Assembly (NCBI GenBank): GCA_964016885.1
Contig: OZ024741.1
Coordinates: 44,826,001 to 44,890,000 of the forward strand
Reading direction: 5' to 3'
Source: Eledone cirrhosa
Taxonomy: Eukaryota
Length of the DNA: 64,000 nt
In this document: one piece after another, positions 13,568-26,685 of the stretch
How the letters are laid out: every line of letters starts with the position of its first letter
Numbering within the stretch: the first letter of the stretch is position 1
Notes under the pieces: generated by a model
Database searches by the model: none
What the model was told of the DNA's origin: nothing
The model's input: the letters and a program-made list of their open reading frames with translations, nothing else
Program-made: the position numbers and the translations under genes

Positions 13568-13828
13568 GGATTGGCAGTATCGATAGAGGGCTGGACTCTA
13601 TGCTTTGCAGCCAAAGAGTTACGCCACTTTACGGTCTGAATTCAAATCCCGCCGAGGTTAACTTTGCCTTTCATCCTTACGGGGTCAATAAAATAAAGTA
13701 CCAGTCATGCATTGGGATAATTTCTGGCCTTGTACCAAAAGTAGAAACAATTATCTTATAATTAGTTACACCCCTTTACGGTATGAGTTCAAATCTCGTC
13801 GAGGTTAACTTTGCCTTTCATCCTTCCA
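13568..13828 (+). mobile_element. tRNA-derived SINE plus partial second copy
   Basis: A-box TGGCAGTATCG, B-box (G)TTCAAATCC and core GCCTTTCATCCTTACGGGGTC; many copies in the window. Confidence 0.85.
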
Positions 13829-13829
13829 T

Positions 13830-14015
13830 CGACCTCACGCATGATGTCCATCCGACTTTAATGACGAGCAAATGCGTGGGCTGATGGATGCCGACCCACG
13901 CCAAACATTGCGGCAAATCTTCGAAGTCCTTAGGGCATCGAAAACAACCATTCTCAATCACCTCTATGGAATATGGAAGGTGTCCAAGCTGAACCAATGG
14001 GTGCACCACAATCTG
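13830..14015 (+). mobile_element. Mariner transposase fragment (HTH region)
   Basis: Translates PSDFNDEQMRGLMDADPRQTLRQIFEVLRASKTTILNHL...KLNQWVHHNL, matching the mariner WVPHEL motif. Confidence 0.8.
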
Positions 14016-14039
14016 ATTTGGACACGCGTCTGCTAACTG

Positions 14040-15012
14040 ACCATTTGAACTGGTATCCCAGGTTCTTGTCCTTGGGGTCGCAGATGAAGTCTGCCAGTAT
14101 GATTTGGGAGCGTGTAAGTTGAACTAGCTTTTGTGGTTGTAAAGTCGTTCCTTAAAAGAAGTCGAGGATGCACCTATATAGGTGCATTCATTTCGGCCGG
14201 CTGTGACATCGCATTGGTACACAATGTTCTTGATGAGAGACTGCCCGCCCAGTGGGGATTCCTCCCGCTTTTTGCAGTTGTACCTAAGGGTTATAGAGTT
14301 ATTGCTATATTGCCGGCTGGTCAGATTTTAGTTGGAGTTAGCATGTAGCTAAACGCTGTAGTGTATTATCTGTGCAGTGTTGTTTGGGGCTGTGCTAGTG
14401 GTTGCTTGTGGTGCTTGCATGTGTTTGAGTATTTTGGTCCTATTAGTGTAGGCTATGGTGTCGGCTAGATTTGGTGTTTTTACTGTGTGTCTATTAAAGA
14501 GCTTGTGGTATTTGTGTGTGGGTGGAAAGGATTGGCCGAGGGACATGAAGAATGTTTCTGGCACATTGATAGCAACGTGTATAGAGTACCCGGCGTTGTA
14601 CGGCTCTTCTCCGGACCTTACGGCGTTTAGTGCGGTTGCTCTGGTTTGGTGTGTGTGTGTGAGGGTGTTTTGGTCAGGCCTATTTGTCTTGGATACTTTC
14701 GCTATGTTTGAACCATTTAATCTAAGGTCCGTACTACCACGTATTCGTGTGATGCTTCGAGTATTTACAGGGGTTGGAGGGTGTGGATTTACCTCCTTGG
14801 AAGTTGTATGTATCGCTGCCCGTAATGTCAGCTGAGAGTGATCTTTGCGTGGTAGTTATGTGTGTTTGTAAAGGCCTTTGTGTGTTTTGCGACGTTGTGC
14901 TGCTGGTCTGGTAGTTGTATACGGTCTTCTCTTTATATCCAGCCTTTTCTAGTGCAGAGGTATAGTATTCTGCGTGCTGGACCAGTAACTCGTCACTACG
15001 CTCAATCCTCAC
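14040..15012 (-). mobile_element. Penelope-like remnant (RT thumb, linker, GIY-YIG)
   Basis: HAEYYTSALEKAGY, FPPTHKYHKLFNRHTVK, NCKKREESPLGGQSLIKNIVYQC..YIGASSTSFKERLYNHK. Confidence 0.9.
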
Positions 15013-16209
15013 CTATCTTACGGCACAAAACATTCCTCATAATTAACCCACCAATCAAAATAACATAAACTTACAAACATATGAACGTTATACTTTTTAT
15101 ATGCCATGTATATTCATGCTGTCGTTACTACTAAAGAGATCCCACAAGCGTTTGATTCCAGAGTCGGGCCAGATCGATACGGATCGAACATGGAGCTGAT
15201 CATTAGCGAAACGCGCGTTACCAACCAATAATGGTAACGAAAGAGAAACCATTTGTCCTTGTATTATTTTCTTACACTCTGTCTAGCTCTACACCTCTAG
15301 ACTGACATGCAGCCTAAACATCGAATGCTCACCCGGGTTAACCTACAGTAACTCCATGTCACACTCCCTGGATATATATATATGCAGAATGAAACAGCGC
15401 TAGTCCTGTAGAAGCCATTTCTATATTTTATATATATATATATAAATATACACGGGTGTGTATAGAAGATTATATTAATAAAAGTAATTCCAACTTTGTC
15501 TGATTTACTCGTTTTATTTACAATCCTTTAAAATATATAATAGTATTAGAATGAAATAGTATGGTAGAAAATTAAATGTTAAGTGTTAATTGAACAAGTA
15601 CTTCCATGCTCTCGCAATCTTCAGGTTCATATTCTGTGGTGACAGTCAAGTTTGCAATTTCAACTGTAATGAGATGGGTAAATTGTGTGCCTTATATACA
15701 GTGAAAAGCGGCTACATAGTGCTAAATTCTGCAAACTGTATTTCGACCAATCGGTGGGTAGTTTCACGGGATTACTAAACCCGATTGGTTTAGGCGTCAC
15801 GGTTGGTTGAGCATGTCTAACGACTACTATTTGACACTATCCAAAGCATCAATTGTTTTGCTATTTTTAGAAATGATGAAAATAGTATTTTCTAGTAATC
15901 ATCACCATCAACATCACTTTTATTATTATTATTGTTATTGTTGTTAGTGGTCGTAGTCATAGTCATAGTAGGATTAATACCCCATTATTATTGTTCATTT
16001 AGCTTGGGTTGGAATTTATCAATAACATTCTTTTCTTTGATTTTTCTCTTGATTTCACTTGGGCTGTGTAATTTGTAGAATGGAAATATTATAGATATTC
16101 TCTGACCTCATGTTGCTAGATGGTTACTCAGGGGTACCTGACGGACATTTGGGTCTCTGATTTGCTGTCAGTGCACCCGTGCACGTTCCGATAGTGCACG
16201 GGTGCACCG

Positions 16210-16635
16210 ACAGCAAATCATTGTGAGTCTGGTTGTCCAAACTCAACGACAATTTCGGAGGGACTTTCCAGGGAGAAACGCTCCAACCAGATTCACATTA
16301 AAGCGCCTCCTTGACAAATTCAGGAGAAGCGAAGTGTACAGGAGAACATTAAAGGTCTTAGTGGCTTGCTACGGTCAGTCAGGACAGGAAATCACGTCAC
16401 ATCACAAACTTAAATGTGCGAGTAGCCACAGTGATTCAGCGCCAAGGAGCTTGGATCGAGCACATTATAAACTATTGAGCTGTGCTCGCAAAATTGTGGT
16501 ATGCGAGGAAAAAGCTTACACCACACAAAACTTACATGTCTGTAAGACAGGTCTATGAAAAAAATTGTAAAGTTTTCCTTTCAATAGAAAATGCTACTTT
16601 ATCGAAAATGGATGCATCTTTCTGGACTACCCTAT
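16210..16635 (+). mobile_element. Tc1/mariner-type relic(s): N-terminal HTH fragment and TIR-like end
   Basis: VVQTQRQFRRDFPGRNAPTRFTLKRLLDKF. Ends CTTTCTGGACTACCCTA-TA. Confidence 0.65.
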
Positions 16636-16654
16636 ATATATCATTTCTATGCAT

Positions 16655-16691
<37 letters not shown>

Positions 16692-16803
16692 ATGTGTGTG
16701 CGGGGTGTGGGGTGTGTGTGTGTGTGTGTGTGTTTAATCAGGAGTTAGGTACTCAATACATATCAGAGTATTGATATTTAATATAGAAATGGCTTCTACA
16801 GTC

Positions 16804-16853
16804 GGCTTTCCTAATGATTTCCTTCGAATGAAACAGCTCTAGTCCTGTAGAAG
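16804..16853 (+). ncRNA. Family C hammerhead with a core mutation (CTAATGA)
   Basis: GGCTTTC-CTAATGA-tTTC-cttc-GAAt-GAA-ACAG-ctctagtc-CTGT-A-GAAG. Confidence 0.5.
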
Positions 16854-17439
16854 TCATTCCTTTATTAAATATATATCATCATCATCGCTTAACGTCTATC
16901 TTCCACATGCGTGTGTCTGTGTGTCTTGCACATGGAACAACCTCTTCTTAAGTAATATATTTAAAAAGGCGATCATGCTCCTGGCTAACGTTGTTATTAA
17001 AATATTTTCATATTTTCCTCCTTTTTACTGTTATATTTGGAATATTAATATCTCTCCGGGTTCTGCCGACGTTTTGATGTCAGGGCTGTTGCAGTTTTAT
17101 TGAAGCGAGAATCATATAAATTCCACATTTTTTCCTATTAATGCATTACAGCTGAACGTAAATTTAATATGGATCTCATATTATTGATGAAGTTATAATA
17201 ATTGCTACATATTAACTATATTGCTTTCGAAACTTGATATATATTAATATAATGCAAAATATAGCATATATATAATTCCCATGTTTCTTGATTACTGAAG
17301 GAAGCTTAACGAACAACAAACTGTTTAACGTCAGAAAATATTGGATTAGAATTGGATATAAATACTTCTCATAATCAAGCGCTTCCATTAGATTGTAATG
17401 TACTCTCTAAAGAGTCTGTCCCGAGCTCTGAGGCTTATA

Positions 17440-17690
17440 AGACCGGTGCTTATCCCGGTTTCCGTGGCGTGAAGTGACTAAGAGTACAAGATTCACCCTG
17501 GACAGGACATCAGTCCATCGCAGGGTTAAACCCCCAGCGATTACTGGTACTAATTTTCAGCTGAATATATTGAAGCAACGGGAAATTAAATGTTTTACTC
17601 AAGAACACAACACGCAACCCTTTTCAGGTATCGAACCTACAGCATTAAGATCATACGTTAAACACATTTACTACTAAGCCACGCGCCTCT
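17440..17690 (-). mobile_element. tRNA-derived SINE (CORE-like)
   Basis: Minus strand TGGCTTAGTAG A-box, GGTTCGATACC B-box, then GTGTTCTTGAGTAAAACATTTAA. Confidence 0.7.
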
Positions 17691-17929
17691 ACTGACATTA
17701 AGATTATTATCATTATCAGTGATATAAAACTGAAAACATGTTCAATTTTCAATAGCGGTCGGAAATGATTTGATGAAATAATAAGCAAATCCTTAATAAA
17801 GCAAGTTAAAAGCGTAGTTTACAAAACTATACTATAAATTAACACACATAGAGGCATACATATATGCATCCATAATTGTAACTCGAGTTCTAGAATATCC
17901 ACCGCTTTATTCACCTCACACACATAGTT

Positions 17930-18215
17930 GGCACGAACACGACACTTTAGCTCAAACAAGGACATTATTTTCTGCTTATGGTGCCGTGATGAACATTACC
18001 CCCACTTGGATAGCCTAATTTGTTTTGGTGAGCTTTCAAATGACATTGTGGTCTATCGGGCAAGGCACACTTTTTTCCACACTTCCGACGGGAAGAAATG
18101 TCAAAGAGACCATAATCTACAACATTTTGTACATGGCTTCTGTGATAACTTCTAAGACCAGATTTATGGAGGTAAATTCTCCCACACTTATTACACATAA
18201 ATCATTTTGAGCATC
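17930..18215 (-). pseudogene. Degenerate tandem C2H2 zinc-finger coding fragment
   Basis: CNKCGRIYLHKSGLRSYHRSH and RKCGKKCALPDRPQCHLKAH. Confidence 0.55.
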
Positions 18216-18239
18216 TGAAAATACAAATAAAGTACATAC

Positions 18240-21200
18240 CTACCTACCTACATATTTACATAAATACATGATGGCTGCCCCCTCGTTATCGAGTATGACC
18301 ATTGCACGAGAAAAAAAAAAAAATATATATATTAATAACAATAATAATAATAATAACAACAATATTGTGTGTATATATATATATATATACACACACACAC
18401 GCACACACACAAAAATGTCTATACACCCACACACGATAGCAACTAACAGCGCTGCGATCGAATGTGGCTTTTTAGCCCAGCCAATGATCTAAAATGTCTT
18501 GCATAGAGTCGGCAACCAAAACATTCACTGGGAATAGTCGGCTGTGGTTGGAGTTCATGTACTTTTGCATGTCGTTTGAGCCCTCCTGCTGATTTACATT
18601 CTCTACCACATGCTTGGCAAGCATGATGAGTAGCGTCTCCAACAGCAACCTCGTATTCAAACCACTGGTGTTACTTTATGACTGCGAAGATGCTTTTCGA
18701 GTCCAGCTTTGCTTAGACAGAGTCTCGCACAGACGCTGCATATCAGTACCATAGGAGGACCCTCGCCGTCTGGAAGTGCAACAGCAATGCCCTTCCTCAC
18801 ATCCCTCTTTACTTTCTCGTATGCGATTCGAGATGCCTCAAAGGCAACTTTTCCCTCATATACATTCTTTCTCCATTTATTACGATCAGCAGCAATATTT
18901 TCCCATGTATTTGCAGAGATGTTAGTGTCTTTCAAAGAGGCTTTCAAGGAATCCTTATACCTCTTTTTTGGTTTATGTGGCGGTCGTTTTCCTTTAACTA
19001 ACTCTCCAGAAAAGAGTTGTTTTGGTATTCTAGAATCCTTAATCCTGGCAAGGTGACCACTCCAACGGAGTCGTTGCATAAGCACAAGAGCTTCTATACT
19101 GTCACACATAGAGCTTTCCAAAATCTCGACATCACTGATCTGGTCGCTCAAGAGAACGCCATTCGATCCGTCTAAGACACATCTGATGGAAACGCTCCAA
19201 TTGCTTAAGGTGGTTTCGATATGTGACCCAGGTCTCGCAGGCATAAAGAATACAAGAGAGCACACATGCCTTGTATACCTTTACCTTTGTCTTCTTGCAT
19301 AAGTCTCGCCGACCCCATAGTCGCCTTTCTAGCTTTCCGAAAGCATCACTTGCTTTCCTAATCCTAAGTGAGATTTCACTATCAAGGTTGCTGTATCGAT
19401 AGACAGTGCTTCCCAGGTAGACAAACTGATCAACCACTCCAAGTCGTTTACCATACACATAAATATTTGGTTCACTGTACTGCTTACCAGGGGCAGATTG
19501 GTACATGACGACGGTTTTCTTGAGACTGACAGTCAATCCTAGGGCAGTGCAAGCGTCAGAAAATGCATTCAAAATGTGCTGCATATCACTCTCTGTTTGC
19601 GCTACAAGATCGCAGTCATCTGCATACAAGAGGTCTCGTATGATTGATGTAAATACTTTTGTCTTTGCAGCAAAGCGCCTGATGTTAAATATGCTGCCTG
19701 AGGTTCGATATCGGATGTAAATACCATGCTCGCAATTCCTGAATGCAATACAAAAAATCATTGCAAAGTATATGGCAAACAGGGTCGGTGCTGGAATATC
19801 CCCCTGTTTCACTCCATTTTGTACTGAGATAGGCTCCGACATGTTACCCCCGACATTAACCCAAGCCTTCAAGTCGTCATGGAAAGACCTAACTAAAGCA
19901 AGGAACTTATCAGGGCAACCAAGTTTCTCGAAAACCTTCCATAATGCATTTCTGTTAACAGTATCGAAAGCTTTTGTCAGATCGACAAAAACCTGATACA
20001 GATCCAAACCTTGTTCCATGCACTTCTCCTGGAGCTGTCCAGCTGAGAAGATCATATCAGTAGTACCGCGTCCAGCAAGAAAACCAGATTGACTTTCAGG
20101 AAGAACACAATCTGCAATGTGTGTCAGCAGACGGTCCAGAAGCACCCTACATAAAACTTTCCATACGAGAGAAAGCAATGATATACCTCTGCAGTTCCCA
20201 CAATCATTCCTGTTACCCTTTCCCTTGTACAAGACCACCATTACGGCATCTCTCCAGTCCTCAGGTACGGATTCATTAGCCCATATCCTGCCAAACAAAG
20301 AGTGAAGATGTTGCAGGAGTCTCTCACCACCATATTGTAGGAGCTCAGCATGTATGCCATCCATACCTGGAGACCTTCCACTGTTCAGCTTCGAGATAGC
20401 CACTGCAACCTCCACAAGCGTCGGAGGTTCTGCGAGAACTACTTTCACAGGACTTTCTGGACTGAGATTGAGGAAATCTTCATTGACGACAGACGGCTGA
20501 TTCAAAAGATCATGAAAGTGCTCACGCCACGTTCGTAAAATTCCTTGTGAGTCACGAAGAAGTTCTTTGCCATCTTTGCTGCGAAGCGGTGTCACCAGAG
20601 AAGAAGACGTTCCATAAACTTCACACAAGAGACTGTACAACAGCTTTGTGTTATTGGAATCTGACGCAGTTTGTATCTCATCAGCCTTCTCACTCCATCA
20701 CTGATCCTTCATCTGAGAAAGACTCCGCCTAACACGTGATTTTACATCCTTGAGTTCCTCATGCAACGTATTCCTCTCCTGTGGTTTTGCTGTCAAGTAG
20801 CGTGACAGAGCACGCCTCTTATCAGCCACCAAGTCTTCTATATGTACATCATTCTCATTAAACCAATACTGATGTTTTCTCTGCACCAATCCCAGAACAC
20901 GCCTGCCTACATCATAAACCGACATTTTAAGGGTCGGCCAATCCTCACCAAGATCTGCAATCTGCATCTCTTCTTGCAATGTCCTCTTCACATTTTTATC
21001 CTTAAGACGAGCAGCATTCAACCTTTTGGGCAGGGCAACACCAGGAGCCCGGATTTTACGTTTAGTGATTAGTTTCACTTTTGCCCGTACCAGGCGGTGT
21101 TCCGTCCAGCACTCAGCTCCACGAAGGGCACGAACACACTGCACATCCTGTCTGTCACGCATCCTGACTAGGACGTAGTCCAAAAGATGCCATTCCTTAG

Positions 21201-21990
21201 ATGCAGGATGCATCCATGTGGTCTTGAATTTGTTCTTATGTTGGAACATGGTGTTGGTAACACACAGATCCAGCTCATCACACATCTGCAGCAGGAGCAT
21301 ACCATTGTTGTTACACTTTCCCACCTCATGCCTTCCGATTACATTCCATGTGTCAAAATCCCTACCCACTCTAGCATTAAAGTCACCAGGCACGATGACT
21401 TTGTCTGCCTGAGGGATATTTCTTAAAACCACTTTCAAGGCATGGTAAAAGGACACTTTTTCTTCATCGACAGGATTCATAGTTGGAGCATACACACTCA
21501 CCAGGGTCGCATATCTTCCTTTGTCCAGCGGAATTATCATGGACATAAGACGCTCACTAATCCCTACTGGGAATTCTTCTAATTTATTCACAAGAACAGT
21601 CTTAACAGCAAATGCTACCCCAGCCTCTCTTCTGGTTGCTTCATCTCTTCCTTTCCACAAGAATGTATATTCTCCACAAAATTCTGTAAGATGACCATCT
21701 CCAACTAACCTCGTCTCAGATAAAGCCACGATGTCAAGATCGTAACGTCGAAGCTCCTTTGCAACAAGAGCGGTCCTTCGTTCAGGACGCTCCAAGGAAT
21801 CCCTGTCAAGCAGCGTCCGTAAATTCCAGCAGCCAAGTCTAAATGCCTTGTTTGGCTCTATTACAATGGCACGATGACGAGCGTGCCCAGGCTGTGATAA
21901 CATGGGGCCCCTGCCCTTATTGCCAATAATCTTTTTTGTTCCAGAACCTAAATTGCCAATTATCTCTTTTATATTGTTCTGGAACATCAT
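18240..21990 (-). mobile_element. RTE-clade LINE, near-complete ORF (AP endonuclease, RT, C-terminal C2H2 finger)
   Basis: WNLRTL, ALSETRL, VYAPT, GDFNARVG, PGMDGI, FVDLTKAFDTV, GVKQG, YADD, CSVC..HLRSH. One in-frame TGA at 20698-20700 and one frameshift near 19170. 3' tail at 18240-18310. Confidence 0.97.
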
Positions 21991-22054
21991 TGAATTGGGA
22001 AAAATACATACATAAATTCATACATACATACATACATACATACATACATAATAC

Positions 22055-22552
22055 AATGTTTTGGTGAGCAATATAATATTAAAGATTAGCGAAAAGGAGA
22101 ATATTTATGCAGAACTGATGAGAAATCTGCAGATACTCCACTCTAATTTTACCTTCAGATTTATGCCTATGATTATTGGGGTACTGGGATATGTTAGTAA
22201 CTGCCTCAATACAAATCTTGAGAAGCTGGGCTTCACAGGACCAGGAAGAACACAACTAGTTAGGAAGTTACTAGTACAATCCATTAATGGAACAGTAAAA
22301 ATATGTAAAACATTCCAGAAATTTGCATCTAATAACTCCATATACACATGTACAGACACTAAGCACACATACAACTCAAAACATCCACATCCACACATAC
22401 AATAACATCCATATCTACACATGAATGCAGACATGCATACATATCTACCTAGTTGATGTTGTGTAAATTCCAATGAGAGAGTCTTGTGTCTATGTTAGAA
22501 ACCGACTCTCTGTCTCTCTGGCAAACATTTGTGAAATTATAAAACCAGAAGA
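22055..22552 (+). mobile_element. 3' fragment of a restriction-like-endonuclease non-LTR element (R4/Dong-like)
   Basis: EKENIYAEL..L...FRFMPMIIGVLG...LEKLGF...QSINGTVKICKTF. (CATA)n on both sides. Confidence 0.75.
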
Positions 22553-22665
22553 ACATACATACATACATACATACATACATACATACATACATACATACAT
22601 ACATACATACATACATACATACATGATGGCTGCCCTCACGATATCGAGTATGGCCATTGCACGAT
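22553..22665 (-). mobile_element. RTE 3' tail with (TGTA)n
   Basis: Same CGTGCAATGG.CATACTCGATA.CG..GGCAGCCATCAT end as 18268-18310 and 32815-32855. Confidence 0.8.
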
Positions 22666-22952
22666 ATAACATGATTAATAATTATCAATTAATGCTATCG
22701 TGCAATCCATGTCCGTGAAGATTTTTTTTTAAAGTATGTTTTACATACATACATATTGCAGGTGCATGTTTTATGGGCTTCGGTGCTATTCATGCTAAAA
22801 ATTCACTGAATGAAGGTGTAAAAATAATCTTCTTATGAATAAGTGGGTTACGTTTGGATTTCATTTGTAGCGATTTCATTTCGATTTCAACGTAAATGAA
22901 CTAGTGAAAATGATCAACGATACATATCGAGGGAAATATATGCAATTAAATA

Positions 22953-23377
22953 TACGAGGATAATCCCAAAAGTAAGGTCTCCAAAGCGATGGGGACGCAG
23001 AGAAACTGTTACGGCTGTTGGCAACACTGTTGTGATTGGTGCTTCCTTCACTCTCAAATAAGCATGCGCGCGCTTCGCTGCGATGCTCAATCTTGGCTTG
23101 GCAGCCGTTGAGAATTGAGCTCCCGTTGAACGCTACCGCCAAGTGCGAATTTCGCGCAGTTATTATATACGAGGGCAATACCAAAAGTAAGGTCTCCTTC
23201 CGAGGAAAACATGCGTAAAGATCGGCGGATCACTCTGGATGCTCTCTGCATTTTGGTTCCTGAGGTTTCCCGAAGCACCATCCACAGGATTTTAACGGAA
23301 AAGTTGCAATATCGGAAGTTGCAATATCGGAAGTTGCAATATCGGAAGGAGACCTTACTTTGGGGATTGCCCTCGTA
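22953..23377 (+). mobile_element. Internally deleted mariner with TIRs and TA target duplication
   Basis: TACGAGG..ATCCCAAAAGTAAGGTCTCC ... GGAGACCTTACTTT.GGGATTGCCCTCGTA; transposase remnant DRRITLDAL..STIHRILTEKLQYRK. Confidence 0.9.
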
Positions 23378-25499
23378 TAAGCCACAAGCTGGATTTAGGC
23401 TAAGGCATCAAACATTTCTTCTAAAAGCTGGGATACTCCAGGCTTTCGTCTATACAAAAATTATCAATCACTTTTTCTTAAAACCTGACAGTTCTGCGAA
23501 GTTTAGAAATCTTTATTAATCCAGTCGCAAGTCAAGTGAAAATAAATTCTGTATAGTAATACAGCCAACTTTTCATTCATGTTAATTCAGATTGAATATT
23601 ACTAAAGAATTTTGTTGGATAAAAAAGTCGAATTTCTTTAGCAATATTCCCTCCATAGGGATCTTAAGCATGTTTGCCGTTGAATTAAGGAAAAAGTAAA
23701 ATTTGTGTAGTATATAAAAGCATAGCTTTATAAATAAATCTATATTCTACGGTCCACAGTATTTTTTTTCTCTCTATATCATTTTTCTTCTTCTGAAAGT
23801 AAAAAGGGAACAATTTGCGTCGTATTTATAGGAAATCTCATTCAGCTATAAAGATTAAATACGAGACATAAATAATATAGGAAGAACATAAGCAAGTATA
23901 TATAAAAGAGCAACTGAATGCTTTGCATGTGGAATGAAAGATATATGAGCTAACCGATAATTAGCTCAAGAACATCCTAGGATATATAGTAACTTTAACA
24001 GAAAATATGCGAAGGTTATTGAAAGGCAGCCGGGGAACTATGAATACAACATATTACCTTTTGATGAATTCCAACTTTTAAGAGAGTTATTTCTCCAGCT
24101 AAAATTCCCTTGAACGATATCATATAATTGTCATTATATCTTATACTATAAATCAATTACCATATCCACGACTCTTCTCAATTCACATGTCGTTTCATGT
24201 CTTCAATTCCATGAATGTTATCTAACATTACGACATTATATTTTCCCCATCAGCTAGTCTAAAGTATTCATATGAATAGTTTACGTCCCATTCTTTGCGA
24301 AGAGATTCGATTTATACGGGTCAATACTACATTCATCAATATTTATTTGTATGCTATCCAAAAGAAATACGATGTTAGTAATATAATTCACTGAGTTCAA
24401 TTCATACATAAGTATGGTAAACATTCTCTACTCCTTGTTGTGAAATGTAAAATAAACTAAATCTGCCTAAATATTTCATATCATAGAGACAATCAACAAT
24501 AGCAAATCACTACAAAATTATATATTCCATAAACGATAATAGGATCGAATATTGAAATAATTTATCGGATTGTCATTTTGTAAACATCTAAAATTATATA
24601 CAGATATACGATAAAGGTTTGAACAGACAGACTTTCGATAGAATTTGGAAAGTAGGTTGATGTTCAATTTCATATCTCTGGAAATCGAATAAACTACACA
24701 TAATTTCCCGCATTCATTTTACAATTCCTTGTAAAATAAAATCGCACATATGTCTTGATTTATTTCAATCTAAAGCTAGAATCGTACAGAAAACAATAAT
24801 CTAAACAATTAGTTTATGATATATTCAAGCCGTAAGAAACCTAAAATTTGAAAATATTTGTTTCAATATTCAAATATATTTTGAATATATGTTATACATT
24901 AAGGAAGATATATTCGACGTTAAGATAATTATGAAAATGATGACTATATGAGAAGAATACACAGAGAAGAGTACAAAGTAGAGAAGAATGCACATTACTT
25001 TATTAATACCAGGTTATTGTTGTATCACTATAAAACTTAAGATTTAAAATAGTATGACGACCTGAATATGGCGTCCTCGTATCTACACCATTCCAAGAAT
25101 ATTGAAAATAAATTACAACATACAAAGCCACTTTTCAAAAATACATACCGATACATTTAACAATTGTAGCATACACACGCTACAGAACATAACAAATAAC
25201 AAATAACAAGCTGGTATTAGTGTTTTGAAATATAACAGAAATTATAGCGGTAAATTTTAATTGAAAGAAAAATATAGTCTTACAATATAAATGTGTAATC
25301 ACAGAACTTCACCCAAATAACAACAGAGAAATACTGTTGTAACACTCACACACCCATGCAACAAACATATACAAATATGCACATGCAGTGATTGATATGA
25401 AAAACAAATATATTCAATATACACAAATCTCACATTGACGACCTCGAACTTGGACAGGTTGATCTCACGTTCTTGGTGCCTTAGAGATAGGAGGACCCA

Positions 25500-25760
25500 C
25501 TGGAGGTCCTCAGCAACAGATTCAACCGAACCTCCCAGGGTCGGTTCCAGATCATGTTGCAAAAGAGTAGCATCAACCGGGTTGTTGATTGCCTGTGCTT
25601 CCTTTGTGACGTATGGTGTATGTACTACAGAGAGCATGTCTGAAAAAGCCACCAAAAACAGTAGTGGTCCAAAAACCGTGCCCTGTGGCACTCCGCTTGT
25701 TACTGTTATAGAAGTGTCTAGGATACTAATTCATGATCCACTGATGAGCTTGAATTGGTA
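25500..25760 (-). mobile_element. LINE RT fragment (CR1/L2-like)
   Basis: VTSGVPQGTVFGPLLFLV. Confidence 0.8.
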
Positions 25761-25976
25761 ATTCTATTCACAAACATTGCGAAACAACAACAAGTTGTCT
25801 GGGTGATTGGTAGTTACCACAATTCCGGTTTGTATTTATTTTCTTGATTTATTCTTAAATTGAGACAAGCAAACCCAATTGTCTATAGTTAGTATTCTTT
25901 TCACCTTAGCCAATCTGGTCCCTTACCATTTGAGCACATATATCTATATATCTGTGTTCGTTTTTCTTTTATATTC

Positions 25977-26054
<78 letters not shown>

Positions 26055-26092
26055 TCTCTCTCTATCTCTCTTTCTCTCTATCTCTCTCTCGC

Positions 26093-26156
<64 letters not shown>

Positions 26157-26289
26157 CGTGAGTGTATGTGTGATTGTAGAAAAAGAGAAAGAGAGCTACT
26201 TCTCTCTCTCTATCTATCTATCTATTTATCTATCTCTATACCCCCCCCTCTCTTTCTCTCCTTCTGCCCTCTCCTTCTCATGGGAAAAT

Positions 26290-26685
26290 TTAGTGGCAGT
26301 TCCAATTTCAAGCAGTGCTTGTTTCAGACAGGGTTCCTTCTTGTTCTTCTGTTTTGCATTAAACAGGACTGAAATCTTTGTTTTTCGTCTCATCAGGATT
26401 TTCATGTCTCTTGGAATAAAATTGTGGGATTGTTGGCCTATTTTCTGGGACAAATCTTCGGAATATGGTTTCTATTGTTGTCATGAAATGTTGACATTGC
26501 ACATGTGGAGAGCTTGACGCTCCAGGTTTGCTTCAAGATCCCTTCCTGGATCCTATTCCAATTAGCTTTGTGAAAGTTTAGGCTGAATAGATTCCTGATG
26601 CTTCCAATTGTGGGGGAGCAGTGTGATAGGTGTAATGCAGAGATCCAGGTTATTTTGATGTAGGTAGGAGGCAATACGTGGCTGT
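26290..26685 (-). mobile_element. LINE endonuclease-RT linker fragment, probably the same element as 25500-25760
   Basis: LNFHKANWNRIQEGILKQTW. Same strand and expected order. Confidence 0.55.
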
